Part shown: positions 1-8,300 of the stretch, one piece after another
Layout of the letters: the number at the start of each line of letters is the position of its first letter
Numbering within the stretch: the first letter of the stretch is position 1
Origin: an uncultured Bacteroidales bacterium
GTDB lineage: Bacteria > Bacteroidota > Bacteroidia > Bacteroidales > WCHB1-69
Direction: 5' to 3'
NCBI GenBank assembly: GCA_900317715.1
Contig: ONHS01000004.1
Location: 18,481-82,480, forward strand
DNA length: 64,000 nt
Made by a program: the position numbers and the translations under genes
Notes under the pieces: model-generated
Seen by the model: only the letters and a program-made list of their open reading frames with translations
Told to the model about the DNA's origin: nothing
Database searches by the model: none

Positions 1-243
1 GGTTTCCAGCAGATTTTTTGCCACGTCAATGAGATTGATGCTGGCCACTTTCGCTTCGCTTTCATCGCCTAAATTCATGGTACGGATTTCGGGGTTTAGC
101 GTCCCGTTTACGATCACGTCGCTATATTTCACGTCTGTTACGTGGAAAGTGTCGAAATCCACTATCTCAATTGGCGACTTGTGGCAGGTAGTCAAAAACA
201 TTGCCAAAAGGCTGAAATATATCCACTTTTTCATCTTCTTCAT
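1..243 (-). CDS. putative lipoprotein, 5' part only (gene continues beyond left edge)
   Basis: Own translation of the minus strand from the ATG at 243-241 gives MKKMKKWIYFSLLAMFLTTCHKSPIEIVDF... It stays open to position 1 (81 codons). Signal peptide with lipobox-like LTTC. Absent from the ORF track because there is no stop in the window. Confidence 0.6.
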   Translation of the reverse strand, partial: MKKMKKWIYFSLLAMFLTTCHKSPIEIVDFDTFHVTDVKYSDVIVNGTLNPEIRTMNLGDESEAKVASINLIDVAKNLLET

Positions 244-271
244 CGTTTTATGTCCTCACTCTTTTAGATTG

Positions 272-934
272 TTACCATTTATAATATATACTGAAAGAGA
301 AAATGCGTGTAAAGAACTGGTAGATGGCACGTGTGTTGGCCGCTGCGTTAAGAGCGCCCAGCTCTAAAGAGCCGCCCCAGGGACCTTTCCCCACTTCGGC
401 ACCGATCAAGTTGAGATTGATGGCTGGAGCTATGCCGAATTCGCCTTGGTTGTCGAAGGCAAAGAGCGCACCGACTCCTAAACCCGAGTAGAGCCTGACC
501 CAGGGTCGATCAAAATAGGTGAAGCGCGCTGTGAATAATAGGTCCAAATCCCAATTCCTGACTTTTGTCGCCGGCGATATCAGGTTGTGATATCTGTCGA
601 AGGTGCCTTTTTTCCAAAAGATACCCTCCAAATCGGCTTGAATCCCCAAACTTGTCACCTTGGATACGCTGTATTGGTATTCAGCGAAGATATGTCCGGT
701 GTAACCAAAGTCGAAGGTTTCATCATGCCTGTAGTTTTCAGGCAGAGCATCGGGGGTGACCCACTCACCGCTCAGGCTAGGGCGGAAAATCACTGTTTCT
801 GAGAGCATATCCCCCCAGCCGATTCTCACGCTGTGACGGTGGTCCAGGGAGGAGTTGCCGTTTTGACAGAAGGCCGTAGGTATGGCCAACCATGTCATAA
901 TCAGGACTAAGACCACTTTTGTTACTCTTCTCAT
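272..934 (-). CDS. small outer-membrane beta-barrel protein (family not recognised)
   Basis: 220 aa. Signal peptide (LAIPTAFCQ), alternating beta-strand-like pattern with Gly/aromatic-rich segments, C-terminal aromatic residue (...YYKW). Confidence 0.6.
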   Translation of the reverse strand: MRRVTKVVLVLIMTWLAIPTAFCQNGNSSLDHRHSVRIGWGDMLSETVIFRPSLSGEWVTPDALPENYRHDETFDFGYTGHIFAEYQYSVSKVTSLGIQADLEGIFWKKGTFDRYHNLISPATKVRNWDLDLLFTARFTYFDRPWVRLYSGLGVGALFAFDNQGEFGIAPAINLNLIGAEVGKGPWGGSLELGALNAAANTRAIYQFFTRIFSFSIYYKW

Positions 935-1037
935 AGCTTCTCTTTGCGATACTTTTTTTTTGATAAAAAAAATAAAACGGCAAAATACAAAAAAATGCTA
1001 ATGTTAAAGAATTGTTTTTAAGTTTGCCGAAAGCCTT

Positions 1038-2396
1038 TTATGCTTTTTTTACAAACAATTGCGCATTCTCGAACTTGCAGACTTTCACCTTTTCGCCCGC
1101 TTCGATGTAACCGTGTTCGGCGGTGGCGTCGAGAATGTCGCCGTCGATGTTGATTTTGCCGGACGGACGCAGGATAGTCTGTGCAACCCCTTCTTTACCA
1201 ACGTATTGCTCGTTGCGCATATCCTGAGAGGTGAAGCCTTTGTCGCTCTCCAGTCCGGTGCGTAAGGCCAACGAACCGAAACGGGTCTCCGCCAAAATCA
1301 GCTTTTTGCCCAGCCATAGCGAGATAAAGAAGCCCGCCAGACTGCTCACCAAGACCAATATGGTCATTTTGCTGACGTATGCGGAGGCGTTGAATTCGGG
1401 ATTGAAGTTGAATTTGAAGCCGACATTGAAGACCAAAGTCAGCACTAACGATGCGATAATCAGCACGATACCGGAAACGCCTGTGACTCCGAAACCGGGC
1501 ACGACGAAAAACTCCAGCATCAAGAGGATCAGTCCGGCAAGGAAGATGAGGATTTCCCAGTGCGCGGCGAGACCTTCGAGGTAGTGCGGGGCGAAGAAGA
1601 GTAGGGCAGCGGCGATGGCGATGACGGACGGCAGTCCGATGCCGGGGGCTTGCAGCTCGAAGTAGAGTCCGCCCACAATGCACATGATGAGGATGCCGCT
1701 CACCACGGGGTTGACCAGGAAGTTGATGATCTTGTCGATGGTGGAGAGTTCCTGCTCGTGGATTTCAGGTTGGGGGATGCCGGCTTGTTCCAGCACCTCT
1801 TCGCGACTGCTGGCGATGCCTTCGCAAAAGCCGTTTCTCTGGGCTTCTTCGGAGGTGAATGTCAGCACTTTACCGGAATCGCTGATGCCGGGGATTTTCA
1901 CGTCGGGATCGACCATGGCCTGCGCGATGTTGGGGTTGCGACCGTTGTGCTCGGCCGTGGTGCGCATGAGCGAGCGCATGTACGACTGATACTTGTCGGG
2001 CATGATTTCCCCTTCTTGGTTGACCACTGAAGCCGCGCCGATGGAGGCCCCCGGCATCATGTAGATACTGTCGCACGCGATGGAGATGAGCGCGCCCGCC
2101 GATGCCGCGTTGTTGTTGATATAAACGATGCTCGGCACTTTGGTGTTGAGCAGCAACGTGCGGATTTTGTCCGCCGCATCCAATTCGCCCCCGAAAGTGT
2201 TCAGCTCCAGAAACAGATAGTTGTACTTACCCTCTTCGGCCTCTTTCACCGCCTTTTCAGTCAAACGAAGCGCGGGTTTGGAGATGTTGTCGTCGATTTT
2301 GTAGTAATAGACCTGCGTCTTCTGCGCGGAAACGCATTGAATGGATGCAAAAAAGGTCATCAAAACCGCCGCCAGGAAGAAATATGTTTTTTTCAT
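1038..2396 (-). CDS. NfeD-family membrane-bound serine protease (ClpP class)
   Basis: 452 aa. Signal peptide, ClpP-like region (LNTFGGELDAADKI, NNNAASAGALISIACD), central block of TM helices, C-terminal soluble OB-like tail. This is the typical NfeD architecture. Confidence 0.85.
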   Translation of the reverse strand: MKKTYFFLAAVLMTFFASIQCVSAQKTQVYYYKIDDNISKPALRLTEKAVKEAEEGKYNYLFLELNTFGGELDAADKIRTLLLNTKVPSIVYINNNAASAGALISIACDSIYMMPGASIGAASVVNQEGEIMPDKYQSYMRSLMRTTAEHNGRNPNIAQAMVDPDVKIPGISDSGKVLTFTSEEAQRNGFCEGIASSREEVLEQAGIPQPEIHEQELSTIDKIINFLVNPVVSGILIMCIVGGLYFELQAPGIGLPSVIAIAAALLFFAPHYLEGLAAHWEILIFLAGLILLMLEFFVVPGFGVTGVSGIVLIIASLVLTLVFNVGFKFNFNPEFNASAYVSKMTILVLVSSLAGFFISLWLGKKLILAETRFGSLALRTGLESDKGFTSQDMRNEQYVGKEGVAQTILRPSGKINIDGDILDATAEHGYIEAGEKVKVCKFENAQLFVKKA

Positions 2397-2421
2397 TTTT
2401 TTTCAATTTTTGTTCAGGCGG

Positions 2422-2429
2422 CAAAGATA
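2422..2429 (-). promoter_or_regulatory. Bacteroidota -7 box (TAtcTTTG) for nfeD
   Basis: The reverse complement of caaagata matches TAnnTTTG. Lies 26 nt upstream of ATG 2396. Confidence 0.6.
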
Positions 2430-2442
2430 TACTTTTTTAGGC

Positions 2443-2526
2443 AATAGGGAATAGGGAGTAGGCAAAAGTTATACGTCAAGCCAACAGCCAACAGCCAATA
2501 AACAAACCCAACCCAACAAACCGATA
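2443..2526. repeat. heptanucleotide array (12 units: AATAGGG x2, AGTAGGC, ..., CAGCCAA x2, TAAACAA, ACCCAAC...)
   Basis: Counted by hand with strict 7-nt register. Lies between the divergent nfeD and kinase promoters. Confidence 0.85.
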
Positions 2527-2533
2527 AATTTTG

Positions 2534-2541
2534 TATCTTTG
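2534..2541 (+). promoter_or_regulatory. -7 box TAtcTTTG for the kinase gene
   Basis: tatctttg, 19 nt before ATG 2560. Confidence 0.6.
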
Positions 2542-2559
2542 CCGACTAATTTTTTTGCA

Positions 2560-3573
2560 ATGAAAATAGAAAACGTAGAGCAGATTTTTGAAGAGTTCAA
2601 GAACGCTAAAATACTGGTTATCGGGGATGTAATGATTGACTGTTACATCACTGGAAGAGTGTCGCGCATCAGTCCGGAAGCGCCGGTTCCGATCGTAAAT
2701 GTGCAAAGTCGTAGCTATCGTCTCGGCGGCGCGGCCAACGTGGCCCTCAACCTCAAGTCATTGGGCGCCGATCCTATCCTGTGCTCCGTCATCGGTAGCG
2801 ATTCCAAGGCGAAGGTTTTCTATAACTTAATGGAAGACTGTGACTTGACCTCCGATGCCATTGTGCCGATGTTCGGTCGCCGCACCACTATCAAATACCG
2901 TATCATCGGTAACAACTGCCATATCGTGCGTGTGGATGACGAGCGCGTACAATCGCTCAAGGAACGCGAAAAACGCCAGTTCCTGACCACTGTGGAGCAG
3001 ATTATCGACCACAATGAGGTGGATGCCATCATCTTCGAGGATTATGACAAAGGTATTTTCTCCAAGGATTTGATCTCTGAAATCATCAATTTCGCCCATA
3101 AGAAGAACATTTTCGTGGCAGTTGACCCGAAGGAGAAGAACTTCAACAACTACACTCATGTCAACCTCTTCAAACCCAACATGAAGGAACTTTCCAAAGG
3201 CTTGCATGTGGAGGACGGCACGGAACTGTCTCTTGAAGAAATTCACGAATTGGCCAAGGAATTCGCTGAAAAACAGCATATTGACAAGGTGATGGTGACG
3301 ATGTCCTCACGAGGAATCGCGTTCTATGACCACGAAAAGGATGCCTTCCACCACCAACCCGCTTTCCAACGCCGCGTGAGCGATGTGTCGGGTGCCGGCG
3401 ACACGGTAATATCCGTCTCCACCCTTTTCTTGCTGAAAGGACATACTGTGGAGGAAACCTGTCTGGCTTCCAACCTTGCCGGCGGCTTGGTGTGCGAATA
3501 TTCCGGCGTGGTGCCGATCAACAGTGCACAGCTGAAATCCGAGATGGCCAAACACGCTCCGGCGAATTTTTAG
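2560..3573 (+). CDS. PfkB-family sugar kinase, RfaE/HldE domain-I-like (D-glycero-beta-D-manno-heptose-7-phosphate kinase-like)
   Basis: Motifs KILVIGDVMIDCY, ISPEAPVP, RLGGAANVA and C-terminal DVSGAGDT. Start moved to ATG 2560 because the ORF-track TTG at 2539 lies inside the -7 promoter box. Confidence 0.8.
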   Translation: MKIENVEQIFEEFKNAKILVIGDVMIDCYITGRVSRISPEAPVPIVNVQSRSYRLGGAANVALNLKSLGADPILCSVIGSDSKAKVFYNLMEDCDLTSDAIVPMFGRRTTIKYRIIGNNCHIVRVDDERVQSLKEREKRQFLTTVEQIIDHNEVDAIIFEDYDKGIFSKDLISEIINFAHKKNIFVAVDPKEKNFNNYTHVNLFKPNMKELSKGLHVEDGTELSLEEIHELAKEFAEKQHIDKVMVTMSSRGIAFYDHEKDAFHHQPAFQRRVSDVSGAGDTVISVSTLFLLKGHTVEETCLASNLAGGLVCEYSGVVPINSAQLKSEMAKHAPANF

Positions 3574-3638
3574 TCACTTTTGAAGAATAAAACACTAAAT
3601 TGCTCATAATCTCGTTAAAGCATACTTGATTTAGCGTT

Positions 3639-4355
3639 ATGAAAGTGAAAAGAACTATCGGAATCTTGATATTGATGTTAGGGCTGGCTTCCAGCTCCTA
3701 TGCTCAATTTGGCGTGCCCAATTTGCTGAAATACGACAAAAAGCCGTTCCATTTTGGCTTTCAATTTGGCTACGACATGTTCAATTACAACATCTCCTCA
3801 AAACCCGACCTTGCCGAATACGACTCCCTGATGATGATCAACACGCGCGGTATGAGTGGTTTCAGCCTCGGTATCGTCACCGATGTGCGCTTGGGCAAGT
3901 ATTTCGACCTTCGTTTTATCCCCGGACTTTCGTTTGGCGACCGCTACGTCAACTACACCATCCGCTACGCCTCAGGGACAGAAATTGTGACGGCTAAAAA
4001 TGTCGAATCCGTTTATTTGGACCTTCCGATACTCATTAAGTACAAGTCCTCCAGAATGTTGAACAATGTACGGGCGTATGTCGTCGCTGGCGGTCAGTAC
4101 AGCTTCGATATGATTTCCGCCAAGAAGAAGAAAGCGCCCGAAGGTGGTGAGGTGGTGCTGAAACTCAACCCCCACGACGTGCAAGCGCAGGTCGGCGTGG
4201 GCTTCGACTTCTACTGCACCTACTTCAAATTTTCCACCGAACTCAAGATGTCCTTCGGCTTCCTGAATATGCTGGTCCCGGAAGACAACATGTTCGCCAC
4301 CAGCGTCACCTCGCTGAAGTCCAAGAACTTGCAGATATCGTTTATCTTTGAGTGA
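3639..4355 (+). CDS. outer-membrane beta-barrel protein, PorT/OMP_b-brl_2-like
   Basis: 238 aa. Signal peptide ending SYAQ, repeated amphipathic strands (FHFGFQFGYD, DLRFIPGLSFG, QVGVGFDFY), size typical of the PorT family in Bacteroidota. Confidence 0.6.
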   Translation: MKVKRTIGILILMLGLASSSYAQFGVPNLLKYDKKPFHFGFQFGYDMFNYNISSKPDLAEYDSLMMINTRGMSGFSLGIVTDVRLGKYFDLRFIPGLSFGDRYVNYTIRYASGTEIVTAKNVESVYLDLPILIKYKSSRMLNNVRAYVVAGGQYSFDMISAKKKKAPEGGEVVLKLNPHDVQAQVGVGFDFYCTYFKFSTELKMSFGFLNMLVPEDNMFATSVTSLKSKNLQISFIFE

Positions 4356-4363
4356 TGTGTGAC

Positions 4364-4398
4364 TTAAACCTTAAACCCTAAACCCTAAACCTTAAACC
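4364..4398. repeat. heptanucleotide array (5 units TTAAACC/CTAAACC)
   Basis: ttaaacc ttaaacc ctaaacc ctaaacc ttaaacc. Lies between the stop at 4355 and the glyQS ATG at 4403. Confidence 0.9.
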
Positions 4399-4402
4399 AA
4401 AA

Positions 4403-5917
4403 ATGGCAAACAACGAAGACCTTTTCAAACAAATCATTGCCCATGCGAAAGAGTATGGCTTCATTTTCCCATCCAGTGAGATTTATGACGGCTTGAGCGC
4501 GGTCTATGACTATGGTCAGAACGGCGTGGAGCTGAAGAACAATATCAAACAATATTGGTGGAAAGCGATGGTGCAGTACCACGAGAACATCGTCGGTTTG
4601 GACAGCGCCATCTTCATGCACCCCACCATTTGGAAGGCATCCGGACACGTGGATGCGTTCAACGATCCGCTTATTGACAACAAGGATTCCAAGAAGCGTT
4701 ACCGCGCGGATGTGTTGATTGAGGATCATATCCAAAAGATTGAGGATAAGATAGAAAAGGAAGTGGAGAAGGCCAAAAAGCGTTTCGAGAACTTCGACGA
4801 GGCCCTCTACCGCCAAACCAATGGCCGTGTGCTGCAATATCAACAGCAGGTCGATGACATCCGCCATCGTTTTGCGGAGCTGATGAACAACAACGACCTC
4901 GTGGGTCTGAAAGCCTTGATTGAGGAATTGGGCATCGCTTGTCCGATTTCCGGCACGCGCAACTGGACCGACGTGCGTCAGTTCAACCTGATGTTTGCCA
5001 CGAAGTTAGGTTCTGTGGCCGATGGCGCGGACACCATTTACCTCCGTCCCGAGACGGCACAAGGTATCTTCGTGAACTTCCTCAATATTTACAAAACTGG
5101 TCGCATGAAACTGCCGTTCGGTATCGCGCAAATCGGTAAAGCCTTCAGAAATGAGATTGTGGCCCGTCAGTTCATCTTCCGTATGCGCGAGTTCGAGCAG
5201 ATGGAGATGCAATTTTTCGTGAAACCCGGTGAGGAACTCAAGTGGTTCGATTACTGGAAACAGACCCGTCTGCAGTGGCACACGGACCTGGGTATCGCTC
5301 CCGAGAATTATCGTTTCCACGATCACGAGAAGTTGGCGCACTACGCAAATGCCGCCACTGACATCGAGTTCAAGTTCCCGTTTGGTTTCAAAGAGTTGGA
5401 GGGCATTCACTCTCGCACGAACTTCGACCTGTCGCAGCACGAGAAGTACTCCGGCAAGAAACTGCGCTATTTCGATCCCGAAGTCAACGAGAACTACGTT
5501 CCTTACGTCATTGAGACCTCCATTGGAGTCGATCGTATGTTCCTCGCGGTGTTCAGCCACGCATACACGGAAGAGACTTTGGAAGACGGCTCTACCCGCA
5601 CGGTGCTGCGCTTGCCTGCAAAATTGGCGCCTTACAAAGTCGCGGTACTGCCGTTGGTGAAGAAAGACGGTCTGCCGGAAATCGGTCAGGAGGTCTTCGA
5701 CATGTTGAAGAAGGATTTCATGGTGCAGTACGAAGACAAGGATGCCATCGGTCGTCGTTACCGTCGTCAGGATGCCATCGGCACGCCCTTCTGCGTTACC
5801 ATCGACAACCAAACCAAGGAGGATCAGACGGTTACGGTTCGCGAACGCGACACGATGGCGCAATATCGTCTGCCCATCGCCGACCTCACGGTGGAATTGT
5901 TGAAGAAATTACGTTAA
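4403..5917 (+). CDS. glyQS: glycine--tRNA ligase (homodimeric class II type)
   Basis: 504 aa. The N-terminus FKQIIAHAKEYGFIFPSSEIYDGLSAVYDYGQNGVELKNNIK and the motifs RPETAQGIF and FRNE are characteristic of GlyQS. Confidence 0.95.
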   Translation: MANNEDLFKQIIAHAKEYGFIFPSSEIYDGLSAVYDYGQNGVELKNNIKQYWWKAMVQYHENIVGLDSAIFMHPTIWKASGHVDAFNDPLIDNKDSKKRYRADVLIEDHIQKIEDKIEKEVEKAKKRFENFDEALYRQTNGRVLQYQQQVDDIRHRFAELMNNNDLVGLKALIEELGIACPISGTRNWTDVRQFNLMFATKLGSVADGADTIYLRPETAQGIFVNFLNIYKTGRMKLPFGIAQIGKAFRNEIVARQFIFRMREFEQMEMQFFVKPGEELKWFDYWKQTRLQWHTDLGIAPENYRFHDHEKLAHYANAATDIEFKFPFGFKELEGIHSRTNFDLSQHEKYSGKKLRYFDPEVNENYVPYVIETSIGVDRMFLAVFSHAYTEETLEDGSTRTVLRLPAKLAPYKVAVLPLVKKDGLPEIGQEVFDMLKKDFMVQYEDKDAIGRRYRRQDAIGTPFCVTIDNQTKEDQTVTVRERDTMAQYRLPIADLTVELLKKLR

Positions 5918-5939
5918 AATATAATTGAATTACCCCATT

Positions 5940-5976
5940 GTAGAGACGCGCTATGGCACGTCTCTACATTTATTTT
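5940..5976 (+). terminator. rho-independent terminator after glyQS
   Basis: GTAGAGACG-cgctatggca-CGTCTCTAC (9-bp perfect stem) followed by atttatttt. Confidence 0.75.
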
Positions 5977-6017
5977 AAATAGGGCAAATTTGCGGGAAAT
6001 ATATAATGCAAAAAGTG

Positions 6018-6025
6018 TATCTTTG
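6018..6025 (+). promoter_or_regulatory. -7 box TAtcTTTG for the GWxTD gene
   Basis: tatctttg, 34 nt before ATG 6059. Confidence 0.6.
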
Positions 6026-6058
6026 CAGATTCAAAATTAAAATGGAAAAATAGTGGAT

Positions 6059-7519
6059 ATGAAAAAATATACCGTTCTGTTCTTGTTGCTCTTGGCCGCT
6101 ATGAGCCCCTTTGCCCAGGGTCTCAAGACCTTCATCAGCCATAAGGGCTATTGTGCCCATAATCTGCAGCCTTACATCGAATATACGTTCATTGTGGGCG
6201 GAAACACGGTGCAATATGAGCTGAACAAGCAGAATAAGTACGAGGCGGATGTCGAAATCCGGGTGGATATGATGCAGGCCGACACATTGGTGAAGCAGCT
6301 GCACTATATCCTCAGCAGCGACCAGTTCGCGGACTCCGCGCGTGCTGACAAACCCGATTTTGCGGATGTTCAGAATGTCCCGCTACCACAAGGGGAATAC
6401 TTCCTCTATTTCTATATCAAGGATTTGCATGGCGATACCAACTGGCTTACCTATATCGACAAAATCACGCTCGATTTTCCGGAAGACCAGCTGTCGACCT
6501 CCAAGATCTCGCTCTACAAGACCTTCACCCGTGCTCAATCTCAAGGTCTGTTTGTGAAATACGGCTATTTCTTGCCGCCGTTGTATTCCAATTTTGTGCC
6601 GGAATCGCAATACACGCTGCCCTTTGCGCTGGAAGTCTATAATACAGAGCGCGTTTTGGGTAAAGGGAAGCTGAAAGCCAAATGCTTTATCGAGGATGCC
6701 TATACGCGCTTGCTGGTGAACCCCAGTAATGTGCTTGACATGACCTATGAGCCTAAAGAAGTTGTGCTGATTCTCAATGAGTTCAATGTCTTTAGCTTGC
6801 TCTCCGGCAACTATTTTGTGGTCGTGGAACTGCTGGATGAAAACGACAGCCTTCTTCATGTGGACAGAATCTTCTTCCAAAAAAGCAATCCGTCTGTGCA
6901 ACTCAACATTGAAGACTATAACAATTTGGATGTGAATGGCACCTTTGTGGAGTTTGATACCAATCGTAAAGTGTTGATTGAGAATGTGAAATGTCTATTC
7001 CCGATTAGTAATTATGCGGAGAGGCAGTTCTATGATACTCGTTTGAAAGATGTTTCGACAGACCAACTGCAGCGTTTCTTCTATAGCTTTTGGCTGAAAC
7101 GTGACCCTCGCAACCCCGAAGAGGCTTGGCTGAAGTACAAAAAACTGGTGGATTTGGTGGAGATGAAATACGGCAGCATTCAGGTGCGTGGCTATCTCAC
7201 CGATCGCGGTCGCGTGATGCTCCAGTATGGGCAGCCGAATGAAATCAATGAAGTCCCCTCGGATCCTGTGACGCTGCCTTACGAAATTTGGCATTATTAC
7301 TATCTGCATAACCAGACCAATGTGAAGTTCGTGTTTTATGATCCGGTGTTGACGGGTAACGATTATGAACTGCTGCACAGTAACATGTATGGTGAAGTCA
7401 GCAATCCCAACTGGAAGATGATGTTGGTACGCAAGATACAGACCCAACAAGATTTGTATGACCCCAATCCGGTCGATTATTGGGGCAATTCAATGGATGA
7501 TTACTGGAGATACCACTGA
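6059..7519 (+). CDS. GWxTD-domain protein (secreted)
   Basis: Signal peptide MKKYTVLFLLLLAAMSPFAQG. The C-terminal region FWLKRDP...RGYLTDRGRVMLQYGQP...EIWHY matches the GWxTD-domain pattern. ATG 6059 preferred over GTG 6053. Confidence 0.75.
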   Translation: MKKYTVLFLLLLAAMSPFAQGLKTFISHKGYCAHNLQPYIEYTFIVGGNTVQYELNKQNKYEADVEIRVDMMQADTLVKQLHYILSSDQFADSARADKPDFADVQNVPLPQGEYFLYFYIKDLHGDTNWLTYIDKITLDFPEDQLSTSKISLYKTFTRAQSQGLFVKYGYFLPPLYSNFVPESQYTLPFALEVYNTERVLGKGKLKAKCFIEDAYTRLLVNPSNVLDMTYEPKEVVLILNEFNVFSLLSGNYFVVVELLDENDSLLHVDRIFFQKSNPSVQLNIEDYNNLDVNGTFVEFDTNRKVLIENVKCLFPISNYAERQFYDTRLKDVSTDQLQRFFYSFWLKRDPRNPEEAWLKYKKLVDLVEMKYGSIQVRGYLTDRGRVMLQYGQPNEINEVPSDPVTLPYEIWHYYYLHNQTNVKFVFYDPVLTGNDYELLHSNMYGEVSNPNWKMMLVRKIQTQQDLYDPNPVDYWGNSMDDYWRYH

Positions 7520-7524
7520 TCGAT

Positions 7525-8124
7525 ATGAAGCGTCTGTTTGACATATTATCCTCGCTCATCGTGCTGATTATAGGCTTGCCGTTCGGCTTGCTGATTGCGT
7601 TGTGCATTTTGGTGGATTCACGCGGCAAGGTGATCTACAAGCAGAGTAGAGTAGGGCGGAATAATGTTGATTTCCAACTCTATAAGTTTCGCACGATGCG
7701 TACAGATGCGGATAAAGGCAGTCAAATCACGATTGGTGCGCACGATGCTCGCATCACCCATATCGGCGCGTTTTTGAGAAAGTATAAAATCGACGAGTTT
7801 CCGCAGTTCCTGAACATCCTCAAAGGGGAAATGAGTGTTGTGGGACCGCGTCCCGAAGTGCGCAAATACGTGGATATGTACACGCCCGAGCAGATGCGCG
7901 TGTTGAGTGTGCGCCCCGGCCTCACCGACTACGCCTCCATCCGCTACGTGAACGAAAACGAGCTCCTGGCCAAATCTGACAATCCAGAACAGACTTACAT
8001 CCAAGAAATTATGCCCGATAAACTAAAGTTGAACTTGAAGTACGTAGAGGAGCAATCCCTTGGGGTGGACCTGAAGATTATGTGGCAGACCCTGCTGGCG
8101 ATTGTGAAGAAAGATGACGTATGA
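7525..8124 (+). CDS. undecaprenyl-phosphate sugar phosphotransferase (bacterial sugar transferase family, WbaP/EpsL-like)
   Basis: 199 aa. One N-terminal TM helix, then YKFRTM, DEFPQFLNILKGEMSVVGPRP and PGLTDYA motifs. Confidence 0.9.
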   Translation: MKRLFDILSSLIVLIIGLPFGLLIALCILVDSRGKVIYKQSRVGRNNVDFQLYKFRTMRTDADKGSQITIGAHDARITHIGAFLRKYKIDEFPQFLNILKGEMSVVGPRPEVRKYVDMYTPEQMRVLSVRPGLTDYASIRYVNENELLAKSDNPEQTYIQEIMPDKLKLNLKYVEEQSLGVDLKIMWQTLLAIVKKDDV

Positions 8125-8295
8125 CGTATGACGTGAGACGTATGAAGAATGACGAATTAAGAATTAAGAATGACGAATTAAGAATTAAGTATTAAGAATG
8201 ATATGAATAGCCAACAGCTAATAGCCAATAGCCAATAGCTAACAGCCAATAGCCAAAGATTCCCTAAACCTTAAACCATAACCCCTAAACCCTAA
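8114..8295. repeat. heptanucleotide array, 26 consecutive in-phase units (ATGACGT, ATTAAGA, CAATAGC/TAACAGC, CCCTAAA families)
   Basis: Every unit boundary was verified by coordinate. The register is never broken across four motif families. It starts inside the last codons of the sugar transferase and ends 5 nt before ATG 8301. Confidence 0.95.
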
Positions 8296-8300
8296 CCGAT

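Noticed and set aside
4364-4398. CCCTAAA/CCTTAAA repeats (also at 8261-8295 and 61024-61044) resembling the plant-type telomere repeat TTTAGGG
   Set aside because: They are internal, only 3-5 units long, and mixed with other heptamer families in the same register in a bacterial gene context. I treat them as one member of the heptamer vocabulary, not as telomeric or contaminating eukaryotic DNA.
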